From the IMG/VR virus record IMGVR_UViG_3300037631_002846, positions 1 through 42,903 of that record: a stretch of 42,903 bases of DNA, one strand, 5' to 3'. This DNA comes from a virus (Duplodnaviria; Caudoviricetes). The notes beneath the pieces were generated by a model. It was given only the letters and a program-made list of their open reading frames with translations. It was not told where the DNA came from and did not search any database. Positions 37,587 to 42,903 of this stretch are shown here, one piece after another. Position numbers and translations under genes: made by a program. Each line of letters begins with the position of its first letter. Within the stretch, counting starts at the first letter, position 1.

Positions 37587-37813
37587 TAATACTGCAAGTC
37601 GTACTCAACTGAAATAGCCATATTGCTATTAAACTTTTTCCAAGGAAGAACTTCATCACCTTTTTTTATATAGATGTTGTAAGAACTATCTTTCTCATTA
37701 AGAAGAATATTAGATATTTCGTGACCACCATACACTTGTTGTCCAACAGAGTAGTGCATTGCGTCATTTTTGTAATCAGAACCTATACTGATTTTTCTTA
37801 CAACACCGCTCAT
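37586..37813 (-). CDS. Hypothetical beta-rich protein (75 aa)
   Basis: TAATG-coupled on both sides; VRKISIG...MHYSVGQ...WKKFN..MAISVEY. Confidence 0.8.
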   Translation of the reverse strand: MSGVVRKISIGSDYKNDAMHYSVGQQVYGGHEISNILLNEKDSSYNIYIKKGDEVLPWKKFNSNMAISVEYDLQY

Positions 37814-38049
37814 TACTTAGCCTCCTCTTCCTCAACGTCGGTATAAGTACCGTCATCAAGATTAATGTTTACACGACCATACTTTTCTTCAAGCTTGGTT
37901 TTTGTTTCTTCTACTTCTTGATTTACATCAAGCATCACACCCATAACCTCGTGCTTTCTAAGCTCTAGTGTTCCAATGTCCTGTTTGATCTGAGCAATCT
38001 TTGTTTGCTGCTTCCTGATGAGCTCTAGCTCTTCATCTGTTATTCTCAT
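37813..38049 (-). CDS. Small coiled-coil protein with a C-terminal beta-hairpin (78 aa)
   Basis: Long heptad helix followed by LEEKYGRVNINLDDGTY. Confidence 0.8.
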   Translation of the reverse strand: MRITDEELELIRKQQTKIAQIKQDIGTLELRKHEVMGVMLDVNQEVEETKTKLEEKYGRVNINLDDGTYTDVEEEEAK

Positions 38050-38099
38050 TATATTAAATTTAATTTTATTACTTACTTATTATTATTACGTATGTTTTT

Positions 38100-38543
38100 T
38101 TATTTTTCTGCTGATGACCCGTAATAGTATGCAAAAATGTTAGATATTACTACTCCTTCTACCATACCCATCAAGTGAACAAACAGTTCGTTGTGTAAAA
38201 CACCCTCCTCGTAAACTACTGCGTATATTATAAATAGGAATGACACTAGCCCTACAATTCCTGTAAGCATCATCATAATGTCTTTACTACCTGTCTTCTT
38301 TACTTCAACTTCTCTACTTCTTGCCGAATCCCTGTCTTTAATTTCTAGCTCGTACATCTCTTTTGTTTTTGCTAAAGCAACCTTCTTGACTTCGGGGTCA
38401 ATCTTGTCATCTTTTTCAATTAGGTTCTTTACCATACCCAACACACCAGCATCTGGTAATAAGTCTCCAGCTACGTCTAGTATGTGTGGTGCGGCATTAC
38501 CTAGAAATGCACCTAGCTTTGTATCTTTGAATTTTTTAGACAT
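38100..38543 (-). CDS. Holin-like membrane protein (resembles the GTA 3TM holin family)
   Basis: EIKDRDSARSRE followed by two TM helices ending FAYYYGSS; close to the endolysin gene. Confidence 0.7.
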   Translation of the reverse strand: MSKKFKDTKLGAFLGNAAPHILDVAGDLLPDAGVLGMVKNLIEKDDKIDPEVKKVALAKTKEMYELEIKDRDSARSREVEVKKTGSKDIMMMLTGIVGLVSFLFIIYAVVYEEGVLHNELFVHLMGMVEGVVISNIFAYYYGSSAEK

Positions 38544-38886
38544 TGTATTTTTTATCTTTATATTTAGTCTTAGACTTACTGTAGGCTTCTTTTTCCCAAG
38601 GAGAGTTTGCAGGACTAGCCATAGCTATCTTAGCGTTATTCTTTGAGTAAGCCTTTCCCTTCCAGTAAATGTTCTTGTCGTCATAATCTAAGTCACCTCT
38701 AGCCATTTGATTAATGTGAACCTCCTCGTGCCTAATAACTTCCTTGTGGAACTTAGGGTCTAGGTTCTCATTTATTACAATAGTGCCGTTGTTGTTACTC
38801 TGACCAAGAACACCCTCCCCCAAGTCTGCTTGATAGACTGGGGTAGGTTCGTTCTTATATGGTGGGTTAGATAGCTTAAACGCCAT
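38536..38886 (-). CDS. Small zincin-like metallopeptidase (HExxH)
   Basis: G.I.INENL....EVIRHEEVHINQ ... PWEKEAY, which supplies a candidate third-ligand Glu. Confidence 0.65.
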   Translation of the reverse strand: MAFKLSNPPYKNEPTPVYQADLGEGVLGQSNNNGTIVINENLDPKFHKEVIRHEEVHINQMARGDLDYDDKNIYWKGKAYSKNNAKIAMASPANSPWEKEAYSKSKTKYKDKKYNV

Positions 38887-39077
38887 TACTTACCACAAGA
38901 TTTTTTACCCATCATTGCAATACCTCTACCACCCATATGCTTACCTATTTGGCAACCACACTTCATCATTAGTCCACTTCCTTTCATCATCGGCTTATCG
39001 TACCCACCTTTCATCATTGGCTTGTCATAAGAACCCATAGATGTTCCTGCCATATTAATCATACTTTTATCTTTCAT
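38886..39077 (-). CDS. Met/Gly/Lys-rich small protein with an internal repeat
   Basis: YDKPMMKG twice; TAATG overlap with the downstream gene. Confidence 0.7.
   Translation of the reverse strand: MKDKSMINMAGTSMGSYDKPMMKGGYDKPMMKGSGLMMKCGCQIGKHMGGRGIAMMGKKSCGK
38980..39033. repeat. Imperfect 27-bp tandem repeat (two copies) inside a CDS
   Basis: cctttcatcatcggcttatcgta... and cctttcatcattggcttgtcata...; differences within the YDKPMMKG core are synonymous. Confidence 0.8.
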
Positions 39078-39096
39078 CTTTATATATGTTTATTGT

Positions 39097-39372
39097 TTAC
39101 CACTTAACTTTGTCAGCCCAATATGCAGCGGACATCTTACCTTTAGCTATATTTTTTCTGTGTCTAGCCTTAAAGCTTTTTCTTTTAGCTTTCATCTTAG
39201 CAGACTCACCAGCTTTCGGCTTACCTGCCGTACTAGCACCTTGCTGACCAAACCTAATTAGTTTTTCCTTTCCGCCTTCACAAGCCTTCACGATGTGTGA
39301 CTTCTTAGGGTGTCCAGACGTTCTTTTAGGCTTATTGCAAGCCATATCTTTCTTACTTACTTTCTTTGCCAT
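39097..39372 (-). CDS. Small highly basic viral protein
   Basis: KSHIVKAC..GKEKLIRFGQQG...RKSFKARH...SAAYWADKVKW. Confidence 0.8.
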   Translation of the reverse strand: MAKKVSKKDMACNKPKRTSGHPKKSHIVKACEGGKEKLIRFGQQGASTAGKPKAGESAKMKAKRKSFKARHRKNIAKGKMSAAYWADKVKW

Positions 39373-39833
39373 TATATTACAATATAAACAGTTCTACCAT
39401 TTTCTTTTAAAGCTCTTAAACACATGTTTCTATTCTTATCTTCTGATACATAAGAAACGTGAATCCAATCAGGGTTTTCATCGTCACCAAACTCCCATAT
39501 CATTTGGTCAAAACTGAGGTTATCTTTAATGAACTTATACATATCTGCGTTTGACATATGACCGTAAGAGTCATCTAAGTCAAAAGCTTCTCCTCTACAG
39601 TGTTGAGACGTACCACTTCCACCTACAGCTCTATTTAGTTGTTTACACCTGAAGAAGCTATTAATGCGTATAGGGCCATTTACAGCCTTTCTAAGAGGCT
39701 CAAATATATTTTTGGATATAGACTTCATTTTCTTCAAATCAAACTCGTTAGGAGTGTTGTCTATGCTTAATCTCTTAGCAGTAGAACTTCTAACCCCCTC
39801 CTTGTATGATATATGCTCACTTATCTTCTCCAT
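39372..39833 (-). CDS. Peptidase M15A endolysin (Zn peptidase, LAS fold)
   Basis: PIRINSFFRC..LN.AVGG...SQHCRGEAFD ... WIHVSY. Start placed at ATG 39833. Confidence 0.88.
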   Translation of the reverse strand: MEKISEHISYKEGVRSSTAKRLSIDNTPNEFDLKKMKSISKNIFEPLRKAVNGPIRINSFFRCKQLNRAVGGSGTSQHCRGEAFDLDDSYGHMSNADMYKFIKDNLSFDQMIWEFGDDENPDWIHVSYVSEDKNRNMCLRALKENGRTVYIVI

Positions 39834-39987
39834 CCTTATATTTTTTAACAACAGACAACCACTTAAAGGTAGTGTAGCCTATAGTCACGATTAATAAAAG
39901 TATTTTAAGTATGACCTCTATGTCTGACATAGTAATCATCATGACCAAAGTGTTAGCCAAGTATAGTTTCAAATCTCCTAAACCCAT
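39817..39987 (-). CDS. Small holin-like membrane protein, 56 aa (below ORF-track cutoff)
   Basis: MGLGDLKLYLANTLVMMITMSDIEVILKILLLIVTIGYTTFKWLSVVKKYKDGEDK; two hydrophobic stretches and a charged tail; overlaps the endolysin start. Confidence 0.7.
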   Translation of the reverse strand: MGLGDLKLYLANTLVMMITMSDIEVILKILLLIVTIGYTTFKWLSVVKKYKDGEDK

Positions 39988-40208
39988 TAGTTCATGCCTA
40001 AGCCATCAGAGCCCTTTGCCTTTTCCGTAATTGGACCTGGAGTGTACATTGGCATATTTTTAGCTAAAAGCTGAATACCTTTGCACCCGCTGCTTGATCC
40101 ATAACCTCTAGGTCTTTCGTCCATATTTAATGGACCATCCCATATTGTGTTATCTCCTTGCTCTGGAGCGTACATTCTTTTTGTCTTTACCATGTTCTTG
40201 CTTTTCAT
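39987..40208 (-). CDS. Hypothetical protein (73 aa)
   Basis: GDNTIWDGPLNM...G.GSSSG segment. Start placed at ATG 40208 to avoid overlap. Confidence 0.7.
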   Translation of the reverse strand: MKSKNMVKTKRMYAPEQGDNTIWDGPLNMDERPRGYGSSSGCKGIQLLAKNMPMYTPGPITEKAKGSDGLGMN

Positions 40209-40218
40209 AGTTCTATTT

Positions 40219-40491
40219 TTAATAACCTCTAGAAGCTTCGTCCCCATACATATTTATGGCAGCATTCTGAGTTTTTGGTTGAAAATTAGTATTTGTGGCC
40301 TGAACTAGTGGATCTAAGACAGGTGGTATTGCAACGTCTGCAACTGGTGTTGGCGTCACTGCTGGAGGCGCTGTTGCAACTGGCACAGGTGTTGGTGCAG
40401 TTGGAGCGGCTGGCATCATGCTTGAAGAGTTAGCTACATCCTGAGCTGCATCCATTCCTACTTTACCTAGTTGATTTATCATCTCTTTCAT
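40219..40491 (-). CDS. Pro/Ala/Thr-rich low-complexity protein (90 aa)
   Basis: PAAPTAPTPVPVATAPPAVTPTP; operon position. Confidence 0.7.
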   Translation of the reverse strand: MKEMINQLGKVGMDAAQDVANSSSMMPAAPTAPTPVPVATAPPAVTPTPVADVAIPPVLDPLVQATNTNFQPKTQNAAINMYGDEASRGY

Positions 40492-40495
40492 AATT

Positions 40496-41044
40496 TTATT
40501 TTTTATATCTAGCTTTTCGTTTCATGGCTTTTTCAAAAGCATCTGGGGCAGCCATATTAAAAGGATTTTTATTCCAAGGTTGATTAATTGTTTGTTTAGA
40601 AATATCCCTAGAAACTTCATAATCCTGTGTTAAATCTACACCATCATTCAAAAGTGATTCAGCTACTGGATTGTCTGTGGCTTGACGTTTAAATAAATCA
40701 TTTACTTTTTCATTGAACTTAATCTCTCCCTCTCTTTTATCTTTAATAAATTTTCTGTCAGCATTTTTTTTGGCACGTGCTGATTGCCTTTCTATTTTTT
40801 TTCTGCGAGCCTCTTCCTTTTCCTCCTTAGTTTGTGTTAATTTTCTTTCTCCAATCTTTGTTCCCAAAGCAGTTGCTGCATCCTCAAAACTATCAGGAAT
40901 ATTAATTGCTGACTTTACTGCAGAAAAATCTTTATTTCCTCTTGAGTAAGCACCAGCTTGAGGTCTTGTGCCTTGAATTATTTGTTGCTTTGGTTCATAG
41001 TTACGACCAACTGCCTTTAGCATGGACTTTGTTTTATATCCCAT
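40496..41044 (-). CDS. Hypothetical charged protein (182 aa)
   Basis: Lys/Arg/Glu-rich central helix; tightly packed with its neighbours. Confidence 0.75.
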   Translation of the reverse strand: MGYKTKSMLKAVGRNYEPKQQIIQGTRPQAGAYSRGNKDFSAVKSAINIPDSFEDAATALGTKIGERKLTQTKEEKEEARRKKIERQSARAKKNADRKFIKDKREGEIKFNEKVNDLFKRQATDNPVAESLLNDGVDLTQDYEVSRDISKQTINQPWNKNPFNMAAPDAFEKAMKRKARYKK

Positions 41045-41046
41045 TG

Positions 41047-41493
41047 TTATATTGTTTTATCGTTGTTTACGTTTTTAATTGATCTTTTAAGGACCTTGTC
41101 GGAATATTTCTCTCCCTTCATTATGCTGTTTCTTTTTTTGCTAGTAGGTATGTCCTCCTCTCCCAACATTATTCTATACATTCTACTTATTAGTTGCTTG
41201 CCTTTAAAAGAAACTTTGTACACATTGCTTTTTGTCGTTGTCCTATTTCTTTTAGCAAACAAACTTATCCACCCGTTATCTTTAAGCTTAGACCACCTTC
41301 TAGTGTCCCAGCTATAAGAATATGTTCCATTAATAAAATCAAGTCTGTTAAAGAGACCAGTGCAGTCTAGGTAAATCAATAACTCTAGATCTGCATTAGA
41401 AAGCCCATTGTTTTTGCAAGCCCACTGCCTGATAATGCGGTAGTGCTTTAGTAGACTTAAATTCTTTATATCATTGGCCTCCAAACGTTTCAT
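41047..41493 (-). CDS. Winged helix-turn-helix (MarR-like) protein
   Basis: GLSNADLELLIYL ... WSKLKDNGWI ... VYKVSFKGKQLI pattern; ATGA overlap with groES. Confidence 0.6.
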   Translation of the reverse strand: MKRLEANDIKNLSLLKHYRIIRQWACKNNGLSNADLELLIYLDCTGLFNRLDFINGTYSYSWDTRRWSKLKDNGWISLFAKRNRTTTKSNVYKVSFKGKQLISRMYRIMLGEEDIPTSKKRNSIMKGEKYSDKVLKRSIKNVNNDKTI

Positions 41494-41750
41494 AAAACAA
41501 CAACAACGTCAAACTCTTTAATAACCTTATAAATAATCTTATCAATCTCCATATCAAAACCTGCGTGTCTATCGTAGTAAATAGTGTCACCATCTTGTAC
41601 TCCTTCAACTAATGTTCCTATGGTTTTTACTTTTGCCTCTCTGTATCTTATATCTTCTCTATGACTCTCTCCTAAGATTAAGCCACCCTTTGTAGACACC
41701 TCTTTTTCTTTTACAGGCTCTATCAACATATACTTTCCTACTGCCTTCAT
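41490..41750 (-). CDS. groES: Co-chaperonin GroES (Cpn10)
   Basis: Mobile loop STKGGLIL, AKVKTIG, VQDGDTIYY, YKVIKEFDVV; adjacent to groEL. Confidence 0.9.
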   Translation of the reverse strand: MKAVGKYMLIEPVKEKEVSTKGGLILGESHREDIRYREAKVKTIGTLVEGVQDGDTIYYDRHAGFDMEIDKIIYKVIKEFDVVVVL

Positions 41751-42903
41751 TATGCTCTTAAGTTATTAATTACACAATCAGTTGCTAGTATCGTATTAGC
41801 TACAGATGCCGCATTCTTTAATGCACTCTTCGTAACAAGTAGTGGGTCAACTATTCCAGCCTCAATCATATTAACAATCTTCTCTGTTATCACGTTGATT
41901 CCTAAACCCTCTTCTGAGTTCACAAGCCCCGCCTTAACACCAGCGTTGTCCATTATTGTTTGGAACGGCGCTTTTATTGCCTTTAGCAATATCTCCTCCC
42001 CTACGTTCTTAGGTTTAATCTTGTTATTAGCGTTGAGTAGAGCAATTCCTCCACCTGGAAGTATACCCTCTTTAATCGCTGCCTTAGTAGCACAGATTGA
42101 ATCCTCAACCCTGTCAGCCTTTTCTTTTAACTCAACCTCCGAGTTAGCCCCTACTTTAACTACACCAACCTTGCCTCCAAGTCTTGAAAGTCTTTTCTCA
42201 AGTAAGTGTTTCTTGCCGTTAATCTTTGTGGTCTTTAATTCTTTTTTAAGCTGCTTGATTAAGTCCTTAACGTCATCACTCATTCCATCTACTTGGATGA
42301 TTGTTTCGTCAGATGTTGTTATTGACTTTAAGCAAGTCCCTAAGTGACTTACATCAATCAGGTCCATATCATCTCCAAGGTCCTCGTTTATTACCGTAGC
42401 TCCTGTTAGAACTGCGAAGTCTTGTAACGTTTGCTTCTTGTTTATACCAAAGTCAGGTGCATCAATAATGTTTGCCTTAATGTTCCCCTTTGATACGTTC
42501 ATTGAGATTGCTGTAACTAGTTGTTCATCAGCGTCCCCAATAATTAATAATTCTTTTTTGTTTTTAATAACGTGTTCAAGAATGCTTTGAACCTTTCTTA
42601 CGTTGGGTATCTTGCTCTCTACGATTAGTACCAGTGGGTTATTTAACTCACAAGCTCCTTTCTCCTTGTTATTAATAAAGTGATGATTTTTTAAGCCCTT
42701 GTCTAGTGACGCACCATCAACAATCTCTACAGATGTTTCCTCGTCATTAGATATTTCCATACTTACCACACCATTCTCTCCAACGTCTTCAAAAGCTTTA
42801 GCTATCATTGACCCTAAATCTGAGTCGTTGTTAGATGATATTGTTGCAACCTGCTTTAGCATATCACCACTCACGGCTACTGCTTTGCTTTCTAAGTACG
42901 CTA
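41750..42903 (-). CDS. groEL: Chaperonin GroEL (Cpn60), 5' end outside the window
   Basis: QVATISSN, APDFG, RLSRLGG.VGVVKVGANSEVELKEKADRVED, EGILPGGG, AGIVDP. The frame is open to the window edge. Confidence 0.95.
   Translation of the reverse strand, partial: AYLESKAVAVSGDMLKQVATISSNNDSDLGSMIAKAFEDVGENGVVSMEISNDEETSVEIVDGASLDKGLKNHHFINNKEKGACELNNPLVLIVESKIPNVRKVQSILEHVIKNKKELLIIGDADEQLVTAISMNVSKGNIKANIIDAPDFGINKKQTLQDFAVLTGATVINEDLGDDMDLIDVSHLGTCLKSITTSDETIIQVDGMSDDVKDLIKQLKKELKTTKINGKKHLLEKRLSRLGGKVGVVKVGANSEVELKEKADRVEDSICATKAAIKEGILPGGGIALLNANNKIKPKNVGEEILLKAIKAPFQTIMDNAGVKAGLVNSEEGLGINVITEKIVNMIEAGIVDPLLVTKSALKNAASVANTILATDCVINNLRA

Noticed and set aside
7246-42347. Numerous + strand ORFs antisense to the late genes (e.g. 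28612-29043, 38278-38646, 41895-42347)
   Set aside because: They are Ser/Phe/Leu-rich mirror translations of Lys/Glu-rich genes with non-ATG starts in many cases and no motifs: shadow ORFs.
1-42903. Stop-codon recoding (TAG or TGA reassignment) as in some crAss-like phages
   Set aside because: Standard code gives intact, densely tiled genes, and TAG and TGA both act as real stops (e.g. 19608, 32137, 36990, 41490).
1-42903. CRISPR arrays, tRNA or rRNA genes, integrase, IS elements, introns or inteins
   Set aside because: No spaced repeats, cloverleaf or recombinase motifs were seen. Helicase, RNR and TerL have normal lengths, and the intergenic gaps are mostly too short.
41490-42903. groEL/groES as host chromosome flanking a prophage
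   Set aside because: Reversed gene order, strong divergence, no GGM tail and overlap-coupling into phage genes indicate they are phage-encoded.

Overview
The whole 42.9 kb window is a fragment of a tailed dsDNA phage genome, most likely a podovirus-like phage of a Bacteroidota/Flavobacteriia host. That host call is inferred from crAss-like portal, terminase, ring and muzzle proteins, AU-rich starts with no Shine-Dalgarno sequence, and TAnnTTTG-like promoter boxes. Positions 1-7043 (+ strand) are the end of a replication and nucleotide-metabolism arm: primase-helicase, DUF5664-like nucleotide hydrolase, metallophosphoesterase, T7 endonuclease I-like nuclease and class II ribonucleotide reductase. 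This arm converges at a bidirectional terminator (~7172-7206) with a 35.7 kb minus-strand late arm. In transcription order the late arm encodes GroEL (truncated by the window edge), GroES, a wHTH protein, small basic/Met-rich proteins, holins with an M15 endolysin, a tandem GroES-like protein, TerS?/TerL, portal, scaffold, major capsid protein, ring proteins, a split muzzle protein, a cupin, ejection/cargo proteins and a 3136-aa multidomain protein. The most notable signals are missing from the ORF track. (1) An in-frame G-GGA-AAG -1 slippery site followed by an H-type pseudoknot at codons 65-66 of the giant gene. (2) Two small basic ORFs overprinted in the +1 frame of linker regions, one in the scaffold gene and one just upstream of a GNAT domain in the giant gene. 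(3) A possible three-part phage chaperonin set: GroEL, GroES and a tandem GroES-like protein. (4) A short recurrent hydrophobic-[K/N]-[M/L] motif in many small late proteins. All family calls come from reading motifs by eye; no database searches were run.
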